The notes: generated by a model from the letters alone, not told the origin. A stretch of DNA of 64,000 nucleotides from Thermoanaerobaculia bacterium (GCA_044226625.1 JBGAGQ010000002.1:173086-237085); one strand, 5' to 3'; positions 11,460 through 21,717 are shown, counted from the stretch's first letter. Numbers and translations are program-made.

Positions 11460-12680
11460 TCAGAGCGAGCTCAGGAACGCCATCAACTGGTTCTTCTGCA
11501 GAATCGGCAGCGTCCGATACCGCGCAGCTGCGGCCGAAGCTTGGCCGGCGTGGCGGAGGATCGCGTCGTTCCGGGTAAAGGAGAGGCCGTCGTGCATCAG
11601 GCGGTCGCGCGTCCGCAAGCCCCAGAGCGGCGCGGTCCGGACCATGTTGCGCGTCTGCGGCCCTCCGTTCTGAACGATCCCGTCGCCGGTGCCGACATCG
11701 TGGAGAAGGAAATCGCCGAAGGGATGAAAGACCTTGTCGCCCAAGGCGGGCGGAATCACGAAGGTTCCGCCATTGATCGGCGTTCCCGCTGGGGCCGTGG
11801 TGAGGTCCGGACGATGGCAGCCGGCGCAGCCGATCGCCGCGAAGACCCCCCGGCCGGCGATCGCATCCGGTCGGGAGGCGAGCGCCGCGTCGCGCGGCGG
11901 CACCTTCGTCGCCCGCATGAAGCGGGTGAAGATCTCGACGTCCTCCCCGAACGGCTCGTCGGGCGTCGCCGCCTCTTCCGGATCGGGAACGCTGTCGAAT
12001 TCCGCGAGCGAGCGGCCGCCGGAGGTGTTCTCGGTGGGTTGGAGCGGACTGGTGATCCCCATCTCGTTCAAGTAGGCGTCGGAAGAGAACGACAGCAGGC
12101 TCGCGTGCTGGTTCTTCCAACCGAAGCGACCGACTCGGACGACACCGGGCGCTTCGAGCACCGGCACGCGGAGGACGGTGCCGCGCTGCTGCGGCGGCTG
12201 GCTCGCCCGGATCGCCTCGAAGGTCGAGTCCGCCACCGCTTCGACGAATCCGTCACCGAGCGTCGAGAGCGAGGTGCGGAACGTCCGAACGTTGTCCTCC
12301 CCCGCCGCCCGTTCCTGGATGCTCGCGTCGATCGCCCGATCGTTGATCAACGAGCCACCCGGAGGATCGCTGTAAACCGAGCCGTTGTAGCGGCCGACTC
12401 GAAGCTCGGTGATCTGGCTTCCCGAACCGGACACCGGGCTCTGATGGCACTCCGAACAGGCCTGGGCGTTGTAGACCGGCCCGAGGCCGTCGGCGATGAC
12501 CTCGCGCGCTTCGAACACCTGCCGGTCGAGGTCGAACTGCGTCTGCGAGACCAGACCGTTGGTCTGATCGTCAAAGCCCGCCGGGGCCTCGACGAAGACC
12601 CGCGTGGCGGCGAACAGGATCGGCGACGAGAGCACCAGCGACCATAGAGCACCTCGGACGACGCGGCTCTTTCTCGGCAT
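11460..12680 (-). CDS. Di-heme oxidoreductase (DHOR-like) family protein
   Basis: GLGPVYNAQACSECH, GRFGWK, GCAGCH, RTAPLWGLR, LMHDG; signal peptide from MPRKSR at 12680. Confidence 0.85.
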   Translation of the reverse strand: MPRKSRVVRGALWSLVLSSPILFAATRVFVEAPAGFDDQTNGLVSQTQFDLDRQVFEAREVIADGLGPVYNAQACSECHQSPVSGSGSQITELRVGRYNGSVYSDPPGGSLINDRAIDASIQERAAGEDNVRTFRTSLSTLGDGFVEAVADSTFEAIRASQPPQQRGTVLRVPVLEAPGVVRVGRFGWKNQHASLLSFSSDAYLNEMGITSPLQPTENTSGGRSLAEFDSVPDPEEAATPDEPFGEDVEIFTRFMRATKVPPRDAALASRPDAIAGRGVFAAIGCAGCHRPDLTTAPAGTPINGGTFVIPPALGDKVFHPFGDFLLHDVGTGDGIVQNGGPQTRNMVRTAPLWGLRTRDRLMHDGLSFTRNDAILRHAGQASAAAARYRTLPILQKNQLMAFLSSL

Positions 12681-12820
12681 CGAGATCTCCTCAAAATACG
12701 AAGGGCGAGCGACGAAGCTCGCGGATTTTGAGGAGGAACACCCGACGAGAGGAGTTCCTGCGGAGGAATTCTTGAATTTGGTCAGGGAAGAATGGAGCCC
12801 TTCCAAGCCCAGCCTTGCCC

Positions 12821-15283
12821 TCACAAGAGCTGCTGGGGATCGACGTCGACGATCAGATCCCCGGCGAACGCGATCTGGCCGAGGACGTCCGCAAGCACCG
12901 TATGCAGATCGCGCAGCGACGCAGAGCGCAGGAGGAGCTGGAAGCGCCACTCCCCGCGTAGGCGTTCGAACGGCGCGGGAGCCGGGCCGGTGCGGCGGAT
13001 CGAAGCCGCCTTCGCGTGGTTGCTCACCCGGTTGGAGAGCTCGGCGAGGCGGTCGTGGGCGCGCTCCCGGTTGCGGTCCTCGGCAAGGATCTGTACCAGT
13101 CGCGAATACGGCGGATAGCGAAAGGCGCGACGAAAGCGGAGCTCCTCGCGCACGAACCCTTCGTCATCCCCACGAAGAGCGGCCTGGATCGCGTAGTGCT
13201 CGGGATGGTACGTCTGGTAGATCACCTTGCCCGGGCGGTCGCCCCGTCCTGCGCGTCCAGCGAGCTGGACCAGCAGGTTGTAGGTCCGCTCCACCGCGCG
13301 AAAATCGGGGAAACCGAGATAGCTGTCGGCGGCGAGCACCGCGGTTAAAGAGACGTTCGGGAAATGGTGCCCTTTGGAGACCATTTGCGTCCCGATCAGA
13401 ACCTGTGATTCGCCGCGCGAGAACCGCTCGAGCAGCGCGGCCGGTCCTCCCGGACGGCGCGCGGTATCGCGGTCGAGCACGGCGACCTCGACGCCGGGGA
13501 AGAGATCGGAAAACATCTCTTCGACCCTCTCGGTGCCGGCACCGATCGGTTCGAGCGCGGCCTCGGAGCAGATCGGACAGGTCGCGGGCACCGGCCGCAT
13601 CGAACCGCAGTAGTGGCAGATCAGCTCGCGGTCGCGCAGGTGGAGCGTCCGCGGCAGACCGCAGTCGTCGCAACGGAAGTCCTCGCCGCAGGCCCGACAG
13701 AGGAGCATCGGCGAGTAGCCGCGACGGTTGCGCAGGAGGATCGCCTGCTCGCCGCGCCCGAGCGCCTCGGCGATCTCGGTTTTCAGGCGCTCCGAGAAAT
13801 GGATCTCGCCCGGCACGCGTCGCGGCGCCTCCGTGCGGAGGTCGACCAGGATTCCCTCCGGCAGGCTCCCCTGCCCCGCGCGCGCCGAGAGCCGGAGCGG
13901 CGTGAGCTTGCCCTGCTCGGCGTTCCACCGGCTCTCGAGGCTCGGCGTCGCCGAGACCAGGAGCGCCGTCGCGCCCGCCGCGCGCGCCCGGACCAGCGCG
14001 AGATCGCGCCCCTGATAGCGCGGCGCGAGCTCCTGCTTGTAGGCGGGATCCTGCTCTTCGTCGACGACGATCAGCCCCAGGCGCGCAACCGGCGCGAACA
14101 GCGCCGACCGGGGTCCGAGCACTACCCGCGCTTCGCCGCGCCGCACGCGCTCCCATTCCTGATGGCGCTCGCCCGGGCCGAGCCCCGAATGCAGGATCGC
14201 GAGATCCGCGCCGAATCGGCGTTCGACCTCGCGCGCGAGCGCAGGAACCAACGCGATCTCCGGGACGAGAAGGATCGCCGACCTGCCGGCGGCGAGCGCC
14301 GCCTCGGCCGCCCGCAGATAAACCTCGGTCTTCCCCGCGCCGGTCATACCGACCAGGAGAAAGGGCGCGTATCCGCCGGCCGAGATCGCTCCTTCGAGTG
14401 CCGCCACCGCCGTGGCTTGGTCCGTACGCAGCTCGAAGGGAGCCGTTTCCCGCTCGCCCAGCATGTGCCGGTCGAGCGCCAGCCGCTCGACCTGTGTGAA
14501 CTTGCGCACCAGCCCTAGATCGGCCAGCCGCTTCAGGACCGCCGGGCTCGCCTCGGCGAGCGCCGCCAGCTCGGCCGTGGTCGCCGGCCGGCCGATCGCC
14601 GCGAGATACTCGATCGCCGCCTTGCCCGGCGCCGACCGCCCGCATGCCTTGAGCTGGTCTTCTTTCGAGCCAGGGGCGAGCTCGTAGGCCGTCACGTAGC
14701 GGGCTCCACGGGCCGCACGCTCCTCCGTGGCGATCCAGCCGCGCTCTTCAAGGTCGAGAAGCACGCGGCCGATCGGACGCGCCGGCTCGGGGGGCATCGA
14801 TCCCGGCGGCCTCAACGCCTCCGGATCCGCGAGGCTCGCCGCGAGCTCGCCGGCGTTCGCCCGGCCGAGATCGCGCAGCGCGTCGAGGAGCCGGCGCTCG
14901 TCGGGATCCCGAGGTGTCGCCAGGGCTCCGGCATCGGTCAGCCAGACCTTCCGGTTGCCCTGCGGGGGAAGGTCACCCGGCACCATTGCGCGGACCACTT
15001 CGCCGATCGGCGCGAAGTAATAGTCGGCAGCGAAGCGAGCGAGGTCGAGCAGATCGGCGGGGACTACCGGCTCGAGATCGACGATCTCTTCGAGGGGCCG
15101 GACCTCGAACCCTTCGGGCCGCCGGTCGTGGACGCCGAGCACCAAGCCGGTCAAACGGCGCTTGCCGACCCGGACCTTGGCGCGGACGCCGGGCTGCGCG
15201 ACCGGCGCGATCCCGGAAGGAACTTCGTAGGTGAGGGGGGCCGGCAGCGGGAGCGGAACCGCGATCTCGGCGTACGTCGGCAT
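12821..15283 (-). CDS. priA: Primosomal protein N'
   Basis: GMTGAGKTEVY, LVPEIAL, DEEQD, Zn-binding CxxC pairs, GTERVEE, GTQMVSKGHHFP, QLAGRAGR. Confidence 0.96.
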   Translation of the reverse strand: MPTYAEIAVPLPLPAPLTYEVPSGIAPVAQPGVRAKVRVGKRRLTGLVLGVHDRRPEGFEVRPLEEIVDLEPVVPADLLDLARFAADYYFAPIGEVVRAMVPGDLPPQGNRKVWLTDAGALATPRDPDERRLLDALRDLGRANAGELAASLADPEALRPPGSMPPEPARPIGRVLLDLEERGWIATEERAARGARYVTAYELAPGSKEDQLKACGRSAPGKAAIEYLAAIGRPATTAELAALAEASPAVLKRLADLGLVRKFTQVERLALDRHMLGERETAPFELRTDQATAVAALEGAISAGGYAPFLLVGMTGAGKTEVYLRAAEAALAAGRSAILLVPEIALVPALAREVERRFGADLAILHSGLGPGERHQEWERVRRGEARVVLGPRSALFAPVARLGLIVVDEEQDPAYKQELAPRYQGRDLALVRARAAGATALLVSATPSLESRWNAEQGKLTPLRLSARAGQGSLPEGILVDLRTEAPRRVPGEIHFSERLKTEIAEALGRGEQAILLRNRRGYSPMLLCRACGEDFRCDDCGLPRTLHLRDRELICHYCGSMRPVPATCPICSEAALEPIGAGTERVEEMFSDLFPGVEVAVLDRDTARRPGGPAALLERFSRGESQVLIGTQMVSKGHHFPNVSLTAVLAADSYLGFPDFRAVERTYNLLVQLAGRAGRGDRPGKVIYQTYHPEHYAIQAALRGDDEGFVREELRFRRAFRYPPYSRLVQILAEDRNRERAHDRLAELSNRVSNHAKAASIRRTGPAPAPFERLRGEWRFQLLLRSASLRDLHTVLADVLGQIAFAGDLIVDVDPQQLL

Positions 15284-15289
15284 CCGGCC

Positions 15290-15550
15290 CTAGCTCTCTC
15301 CTCCCGGCCGCGGGCGGCAGACCTCGGAGCAATACGCCCGACCCTCCACGTCGATCACCGCGGCGCGACCGATCGGCACGTGGGTGCCGCACGTGGCGCA
15401 CCGGATCAAGGTCATCGCGGTTGGAGGTCCCGGAGTGCCGGTGGGTTGGCGCGGGGAAGAACGCGGGCTAGGCACCGGCGCGAGCGCGCGCTGGATCCAG
15501 GTCCAGACGATCCAACCGAGGATCGCAAGCTCGAGCAGCCGCCAGATCAA
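15290..15550 (-). CDS. Small membrane protein with CxxC/YC zinc motif (PP0621-like)
   Basis: TTG start overlaps the upstream stop; N-terminal TM; 'MTLIRCATCGTHVP...YCSEVC'. Confidence 0.65.
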   Translation of the reverse strand: MIWRLLELAILGWIVWTWIQRALAPVPSPRSSPRQPTGTPGPPTAMTLIRCATCGTHVPIGRAAVIDVEGRAYCSEVCRPRPGGES

Positions 15551-16221
15551 GCCGCGGCCTTTCGGCGTTTCTCGATCTCGCCGCGCAGCCGGTCGATCTC
15601 GGGATTCTGCGGCTGGGCCGCCTTGAGCTGGTCGAGGACCCGCACCGCCTCGTCGTAACGGCCGAGGTCGAGCCCGAGGACGATCGCCTGGTTGAAACGC
15701 GACTGCCAATGGTCGGGCGCCATCTTCTCCGCTTCGCGGAATCGGGTGAGAGCCTGCTCCGATTCGCCGAGCTCGCGGTGGGTGATGCCGAGATCGGTGA
15801 GGAGGTCCGCGTCGGGTTTGGCGAGCTTGGCGAATTGGAGGTAGAGATCCCGCGCCCGGGTCCAGTTGCCGATGTCGAAATTCAGATTCGCGAGCTTGCG
15901 CACCGCGTCGGCGTCGTCGGGATGCTGATCGACGTACTCCTTGAGCTTCCGGATCTCCTCCATCCCGGGGCCGCCGCTACCGGGCGCGCCCGGAGGCATG
16001 CCACCGGCCGTGGGCGCCGCGGCCGCCGTCTCGGCCGATCCACCGGCGCCGGCTGGGGCAGACAGCGGGGCGGTGGAATCGCCCGAGCCGGTGCTTTCGA
16101 CCGGCATGCCGGCGATTCGGCGCGGCGGCTGCTTGGCGGCGATCGCCTCGAATGCGAGGTAGGCACCGACGAATCCGAGGAGGAAGCCGAACAGCAGAAA
16201 GAGCAGATTGTCGCGATTCAC
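15547..16221 (-). CDS. Membrane-anchored TPR protein
   Basis: GTG start, N-terminal TM (LLFLLFGFLLGFVGAYL), low-complexity linker, TPR repeats. Confidence 0.8.
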   Translation of the reverse strand: MNRDNLLFLLFGFLLGFVGAYLAFEAIAAKQPPRRIAGMPVESTGSGDSTAPLSAPAGAGGSAETAAAAPTAGGMPPGAPGSGGPGMEEIRKLKEYVDQHPDDADAVRKLANLNFDIGNWTRARDLYLQFAKLAKPDADLLTDLGITHRELGESEQALTRFREAEKMAPDHWQSRFNQAIVLGLDLGRYDEAVRVLDQLKAAQPQNPEIDRLRGEIEKRRKAAA

Positions 16222-17018
16222 TCGATGTCCTCTTGTTGGATCGTTTCGGTCTCGTCGGCCGGAACCCGCGTACCGGTCCAAGTTCCCGCACCTGTACCTC
16301 GCCCGGTCGCGGGGTCGATCGCCTGCCAGCTGCCTTGCAGTTGACCGCTCGCCCGATCGAAGCCGCCGGACAGCGAGCGCGTCGGCGAGCCGACGATCGC
16401 GACCGGCTCGAGCTGGAGATCGTTGCCCTGGTGGCTGCCGCGGATCGCGACTCTCGTGCCGTCCGGCAAGGTCAGCGTTCCGAACACCACCGCGTCGGCG
16501 ATCTCAAGCTCGGCCGTGCCCAGAGGTCCGACGGAGTCGAGCACCAGCCGCCAACGGCCGGCGAGCCCCTCTTCGGTCTTGACCGCCTCGGGGACCCCGA
16601 AGGCCGCGGGCGCCATGCGCGCCAGCCCCGCGATGCGCCGCAGCCGGTCCAAGACCGCGTCGAGCGCGCGCGTGGTCCGCGCCGCCGCGCGGTCGAGATC
16701 CTCCCTCGCCTCGGCCGCTTCGCGCGCCGCGCGGACGGGTGGTGTCGCTCCCCCCTGTGCGAGCTGGTCGTCGAGACGGGCGGAGAGCTCGTCGACCCGG
16801 AGCCGCGCGCCGACCTCTTGCGTGCGTGCCTCGCGATATGCCGTGAGATCGCCCTCGAGCAGCCGCCTTTCCAGGACGAGTTCGACCTCGATCCTCGCGC
16901 GGTCGAAAGTGGGCTCTGCTCCCTCTTCGGCCCGCGCCACCGAAGGCGCGAAGGCGGGCACGGCGAGGGCGACGATCAGGGCGCTGACCGCGGATCGGAC
17001 GAGGCGTCGAGTGGGCAT
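16218..17018 (-). CDS. Hypothetical secreted protein (helical N-terminal half, beta C-terminal half)
   Basis: Signal peptide ending in ARA; coupled to the TPR gene by a 4-bp overlap. Confidence 0.65.
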   Translation of the reverse strand: MPTRRLVRSAVSALIVALAVPAFAPSVARAEEGAEPTFDRARIEVELVLERRLLEGDLTAYREARTQEVGARLRVDELSARLDDQLAQGGATPPVRAAREAAEAREDLDRAAARTTRALDAVLDRLRRIAGLARMAPAAFGVPEAVKTEEGLAGRWRLVLDSVGPLGTAELEIADAVVFGTLTLPDGTRVAIRGSHQGNDLQLEPVAIVGSPTRSLSGGFDRASGQLQGSWQAIDPATGRGTGAGTWTGTRVPADETETIQQEDIE

Positions 17019-17055
17019 GCCGGATGGATTCTAACGGCAGAACCGGCCGAAACGT

Positions 17056-17086
17056 CGAAGGCCGCTCGAAACTCGAGCGGCCTTCG
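17056..17086. terminator. Hairpin downstream of carD, possible terminator
   Basis: 14-bp perfect inverted repeat CGAAGGCCGCTCGA-aac-TCGAGCGGCCTTCG; no strong U-tract. Confidence 0.5.
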
Positions 17087-17117
17087 GGTGAGACGGAGAC
17101 GATGCGATCTCGGAAGG

Positions 17118-17642
17118 TCAGCTCGCCGCCTTGGCGGAGGTCCCTTGCCGCTTCATCAGGCTCGAGGTGAGCGAGCGCTCGACGAGCTCTTCCGCATCCC
17201 GCTCGCCGATGTTCTTGACATGGGCGACCTCGCTGACGATGAAGTACTTCGCCCGCTCGTACATCTTCTTCTCGCGGAACGAGAGGCTCTTGCGCTGCGA
17301 CACGAGGCGAAGGTTCTTGAGCACCTCGGCCACCTCGGTGAGGCGCCCCGTCTTCATCTTGTCGAGGTTCTGCTTGTAGCGGCCCTTCCAGTCTTTGTAG
17401 GTATCGATGTTGCCGTCTTCCAAGATCTCGAACAGGGCGCGGATGTCGCGCGTGGCACAGAGGGGCCGCAAGCCGACGAGCTCGAGATTCGACTTCGGCA
17501 CCATGACCTTCGAGTTGTTCGACAGCAGCTTCAGGTGATAGAAGGTCTGGTCCATCCCGGCGATCTGGCTCGCTTCGATTTTCTCGACGAGGCTGACCCC
17601 GTGGTTGGGGTAAACCACCTTCTGACCGACTTTGAATGTCAC
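17118..17642 (-). CDS. carD: CarD family transcriptional regulator
   Basis: FKVGQKVVYPNHGV, 'WKGRYKQNLDKMKTG', LSFREKKM. Confidence 0.92.
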   Translation of the reverse strand: MTFKVGQKVVYPNHGVSLVEKIEASQIAGMDQTFYHLKLLSNNSKVMVPKSNLELVGLRPLCATRDIRALFEILEDGNIDTYKDWKGRYKQNLDKMKTGRLTEVAEVLKNLRLVSQRKSLSFREKKMYERAKYFIVSEVAHVKNIGERDAEELVERSLTSSLMKRQGTSAKAAS

Positions 17643-17831
17643 GATCCGGGCTCCCGTGGAGGTTGGAGAAAACGAGGAGTGAAGAGTAAGTCTCTGGGAG
17701 ACTTACGCTTACGCCGATATCTTATACACCAGGCGCGCCGTTTCGTCAAGCGCCTCGGCACCGAAACGACCCGTTTCGCCCCGGAATTCCCGCCCAAGTT
17801 ACGCCCGTTTCGCACAAGGCGATGTTCCGAT

Positions 17832-17860
17832 TTGACACCCCGCCGGCCAGGTCCTACGAT
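17832..17860 (+). promoter_or_regulatory. Sigma-70 promoter of tRNA-Leu
   Basis: TTGACA-N17-TACGAT ending 10 nt before the tRNA. Confidence 0.8.
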
Positions 17861-17870
17861 CCCCCTCCCG

Positions 17871-17956
17871 GCCGAAGTGGCGGAATGGCAGACGCAGTGG
17901 ACTCAAAATCCACCGACCGCAAGGTCGTAGGGGTTCGACTCCCCTCTTCGGCACCA
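17871..17956 (+). tRNA. tRNA-Leu (CAA)
   Basis: Acceptor stem GCCGAAG/CTTCGGC, D-arm with GG, anticodon arm GTGGA-CTCAAAA-TCCAC, long variable arm, GTTCGACTC T-loop, encoded CCA. Confidence 0.96.
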
Positions 17957-17991
17957 AGAAACCTTCTCAGGACGACCTCGACGACCGCTCG

Positions 17992-18612
17992 ATGCTCGCG
18001 GCCCACGACGCCCTCGCCCGCCTCCGTGAAGGAAATCTCCGTTTCGTCTCCGACGTTCGGAGCAATCTGACCTCGCCCACCCGGTCGCGCCGCCAGGAGC
18101 TGGCCGCCGGGCAGGAACCGTTCGCCATCATCCTCGGCTGCTCGGATTCCCGGGTACCTGCCGAAATCGTCTTCGACCAGGGGCTCGGCGACCTGTTCGT
18201 GATCCGCGTGGCGGGCAACATCGTCTCCCCGTCCCAGATCGGCAGCGTCGAGTTTGCCGCCGCGCGGTTCGGAACACCCCTGGTGGTGGTTCTAGGGCAC
18301 TCGAGCTGCGGCGCCATCCTGGCGACCCTGGAAGAGATCGGCCGGCCGTCCGAAGCCCAGTCGCGCGGTCTCCAGTCGATCGTGAGCCGCGTCCGCCCGG
18401 CGGTCGAGCCCCTGCTCGGCACCGAGCTGGCCAAAGACCCGGAGCGGCTGGTCGAAGAAGCCGTGCGGGCGAACATCCGCGCCTCGGCCGATACGCTACG
18501 CAACGGCTCTGAGATCCTGGTCCAGCTGATCCAGAACGACGGTCTGCTGGTCGTGGGCGCCGAGTACTCTCTGAAGACGGGAGTCGTCGACTTCTTCGAC
18601 GGCGTCCCCTAG
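17992..18612 (+). CDS. Beta-class carbonic anhydrase
   Basis: GCSDSRVP, FVIRVAGN, GHSSCGA. Confidence 0.94.
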   Translation: MLAAHDALARLREGNLRFVSDVRSNLTSPTRSRRQELAAGQEPFAIILGCSDSRVPAEIVFDQGLGDLFVIRVAGNIVSPSQIGSVEFAAARFGTPLVVVLGHSSCGAILATLEEIGRPSEAQSRGLQSIVSRVRPAVEPLLGTELAKDPERLVEEAVRANIRASADTLRNGSEILVQLIQNDGLLVVGAEYSLKTGVVDFFDGVP

Positions 18613-18634
18613 CGCCCCGGTCCCTTCCCCACGA

Positions 18635-19318
18635 TCAACCCGCGCAGCACCCTCCGACCTCGAGCGCCGGTAGGAGCGTCGCCGGGGGCACCGCGCCCAC
18701 GATCGTCGGGATCCCCTCGTCGTCGCCGGCGCCGGAGTCGAGCACCAGCTGCTTGAACCGGGTCCAAGGAAACCGGGGCCCCGGGTCGGAGCGGCGAGTC
18801 GGATCGAGCTTGGCGTGCGATACCACGTGCTTCAGGTTCGGATATTTCGACCAGCAGCGGCGGACGATCCGAGCGGTCGCCTCGACCTGCCAATCGGAGA
18901 ATGCGTCCGACGACGTCTGGGCGTTGACGACTTCGATGCCCAGCGACCAATGGTTGACCTTCTTCGCGCCACCGTTGACGTCCGGGTGGCTCCGCGAGTT
19001 CTGGACGTGCCAGGCGGCCCGCGCCTCCGGCGCGCAGGCCCACACCAGCTGCCCGTGCTCGGGCTCGTCCTCGTCGGGGACCAGCCAGTGGAACGACGCC
19101 TTTCCGGCGACCATGACGGACGCCGCACCTGCCGAGCTTCCCCCCGCCGTCGCGTGGATCACCACGGCCCGGACGCCGAGGATCGGGTCGAAGATCCGGC
19201 TCGACGTGCAACGCTCCCAGGTGTCTTTGATGCCCGGATACCAGGGTTCCACCAGGGTGACGTCGGCGGGCCGCCCGTCGGCGGGCAGGTCGAATTGGTA
19301 CATCGCGGGATCGCCCAT
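18635..19318 (-). CDS. N-acetylmuramoyl-L-alanine amidase (Amidase_2/AmpD-like)
   Basis: VVIHAT, ASFHW, AWHV, NHWSLGIE, SHAKLDPTRRSDPG. Confidence 0.88.
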   Translation of the reverse strand: MGDPAMYQFDLPADGRPADVTLVEPWYPGIKDTWERCTSSRIFDPILGVRAVVIHATAGGSSAGAASVMVAGKASFHWLVPDEDEPEHGQLVWACAPEARAAWHVQNSRSHPDVNGGAKKVNHWSLGIEVVNAQTSSDAFSDWQVEATARIVRRCWSKYPNLKHVVSHAKLDPTRRSDPGPRFPWTRFKQLVLDSGAGDDEGIPTIVGAVPPATLLPALEVGGCCAG

Positions 19319-19470
19319 AGGACCCTCCTTCCGGATGGGATGCTGATTGAAGGATTCTCTTGCATTTTGTGTCCCGAGGGAAGCGAGCGGCCGGAAACGA
19401 ATCCGGCGCCGCGCGGGGAGCGCGACGCCGGAGAAAACGACTCGAAGAGCCGGGAGTTACGCCGGGCGAA

Positions 19471-21717
19471 CTACTGGAAGTACCCGGTCACGTCCACGGT
19501 CAGCTGGAGGGTCCCCGTCGGCTGGATCGCCACCACCTTGAACGTCCCGTCCGCTTCGAGCGCGATGATGGCGTTGTTGGCCCTCGTCTGGCCGGCGACG
19601 TAGTTGACCGTCGCGGTGCTCGGGAACGTCCCGGAGTAGGCCACCACGTGGCCGTCCGACGCCCCGTCGATCGCCGTTACGTTGAGCGCCAAGGCCTTGG
19701 CGCCCGCCGGGATGCCGCACAGGCCGCTCGAGTTGAACGTGCGCTCCTGGCCCGGCACGAGGGCAGGTCCATTGCCCGAGCGGGTGTCGATCAACCGGCA
19801 CGGCGACACGGTAAAGAACGAGCCCTGCGGCGGCGCGTCGGGATTCGCCGGCGCGAGGGTTTGGAGGGTGAGCTCCGTCGTCGGGCCGGATTCAAGGATC
19901 CCCAGGGTCGAGCTGACCGGCACCGCCGTCCGGTCGATATCGAACCGGAACGCCACGAGCGACGCGTAGTCGATCGGAGCCGGCGGGGTCGTCCCGGTCG
20001 GCGCGGTCCAGGTGATGCCGGTCGCGTCGGTCGTCGCGGTCCAGTTGTTGGCCGCGAAGCCGTCGCCGTCGACGTAGGTTATGTTGTCGATCGTGGCCCC
20101 GGTCGGATCGAACGGAACGTGGAAGCTCTTGATCTGCCGATCGAAGTCGTGGTTCTGGAACGCGTAGGCGAAGCGCTTCCGGCCCGGGCTACCGGCGACA
20201 TCGGTCACTTTGACGGCGAGCTGGACATGCCCCTCGCCGGTGTCGAGCGACTGGTTGTCGGCGTCCGCCCCCGGCGTCGTCGGATTGACCCACGCGTTGA
20301 TCGCCGGTCCGAGGGTATAGGCACCCACGGTGGGGAACGTCCAGGAGGACCCGATCTTCGCCGGAGCCACCTGGCGGTAGCCCATGCTGTTGAAGATGTT
20401 CACGTCGTTGCGGATGATGTAGAACGCCTCGACGTAGTAGCTCGCACCCGCCACCGTCAGGTCCGTTTCCGCCGCCTTGAGGCCGTGGGTGGTGAAGTTC
20501 TCTCCGGAGCCGCTGAAGTCCTGCGTGCAATCTCCGTTGGTGTCGAAGTGGCTCGCGATGCCCCCGCAGTGTGCCCAAAGCCCGGTGGACGCCGTCACCT
20601 CGTTGCGTGGGGCAAGCGAGGTGTTGCTGTTGTTGGTGCCGGTGCTGTAGACGTCGGAGCAGCCCAGACCCAGGACCCGCCCGCTGTCGGTACAGGCGCC
20701 GACGTCGCAGCCGTTGTTCAGGGTGAGGAACGCGTGCTTGAGGTCGTTGCGGCCCAGCGGCTCCAACACGCCCCCGACCGAGCGAGTCATCTGCCAGACC
20801 AGGAAAGGATGCTGGTCGTTCCAGGGAGCCACGCCGAGGTTGGTGAACTTCGCGTACCAGGGAACGTTGGCCGTGCCGACGTTCTTGAGGTCGGCCGAAG
20901 GCAGGACCACGACCACGGAGCGGCCGTTCACCGTCGCGATACCGGCCGAGGCGACGTTGGACATGTTGGTCAGCGAGACGTCCAGCGTGCCGCTCCAGTC
21001 GCCGCACGGCGGCGGCGCGTTGATCCCGACCGGGAGCGCGGGAGCCGGCGGCAGATTGCGGCCCGAGAGCGTCACGTCCAGGTCGAACACGCCGATGGGA
21101 ACCCCTGAAAATCGATCGTCCCCCATCAGTCGGGCAAGGTCCGGCGCGATGCGCAGGTCGGCGTTCAGGTAGCGCAGCTTGCCGGTCGGCGCATCGAACA
21201 ACCACTGCGCCTCGGCGGCCGAGAGCACCGCCATGCCCGCCTTGTCGTAGAAGTCGAGCACGCCCGCTTTGTCTCCGGGCCGCATCTCGAGGTTCGAGAG
21301 GTCGAAGGTGCCGGCCCTACCGACCAAGCGGAAGCCGCCGCGGGTGTGCATGGCCGTCCCTTCGAAGCTTCGGAACCCGTCCCAGGCTACGCGAGCGCGG
21401 AGGTCGATCCGGCCGTCCAACGCGAAGGACGCCGCGTCGCGCGGCATCACCGACAGGAAGTGGGAGGTGTGCCCGGAGACCGAGGGCGCGAGATCGGTAA
21501 CCTGGAAGCCGAGGCTCGCGATCCTCGAGCGCTCGAGGCCCACGGTCGCGACCCCATCCAGGATGTCCCACGAGGCGGTGATCGCCGGGGGTTGCTTCGG
21601 CGGAGCGTCGGCGGTCGCCGGGCCTGCAGCCAGAAAGGCGCCTCCGAGCAGCGCGAGCAGACGAGGAGCGATCCGAGAACGCCCGGATCGGCGAACGGAG
21701 TTTGGAGCGTAATTCAC
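19471..21717 (-). CDS. Large secreted hypothetical protein with C-terminal 'PCRLIDTR...NVT...RANNAI' domain
   Basis: GTG start, signal peptide, Cys-containing central domain, C-terminal beta domain. Confidence 0.75.
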   Translation of the reverse strand: MNYAPNSVRRSGRSRIAPRLLALLGGAFLAAGPATADAPPKQPPAITASWDILDGVATVGLERSRIASLGFQVTDLAPSVSGHTSHFLSVMPRDAASFALDGRIDLRARVAWDGFRSFEGTAMHTRGGFRLVGRAGTFDLSNLEMRPGDKAGVLDFYDKAGMAVLSAAEAQWLFDAPTGKLRYLNADLRIAPDLARLMGDDRFSGVPIGVFDLDVTLSGRNLPPAPALPVGINAPPPCGDWSGTLDVSLTNMSNVASAGIATVNGRSVVVVLPSADLKNVGTANVPWYAKFTNLGVAPWNDQHPFLVWQMTRSVGGVLEPLGRNDLKHAFLTLNNGCDVGACTDSGRVLGLGCSDVYSTGTNNSNTSLAPRNEVTASTGLWAHCGGIASHFDTNGDCTQDFSGSGENFTTHGLKAAETDLTVAGASYYVEAFYIIRNDVNIFNSMGYRQVAPAKIGSSWTFPTVGAYTLGPAINAWVNPTTPGADADNQSLDTGEGHVQLAVKVTDVAGSPGRKRFAYAFQNHDFDRQIKSFHVPFDPTGATIDNITYVDGDGFAANNWTATTDATGITWTAPTGTTPPAPIDYASLVAFRFDIDRTAVPVSSTLGILESGPTTELTLQTLAPANPDAPPQGSFFTVSPCRLIDTRSGNGPALVPGQERTFNSSGLCGIPAGAKALALNVTAIDGASDGHVVAYSGTFPSTATVNYVAGQTRANNAIIALEADGTFKVVAIQPTGTLQLTVDVTGYFQ

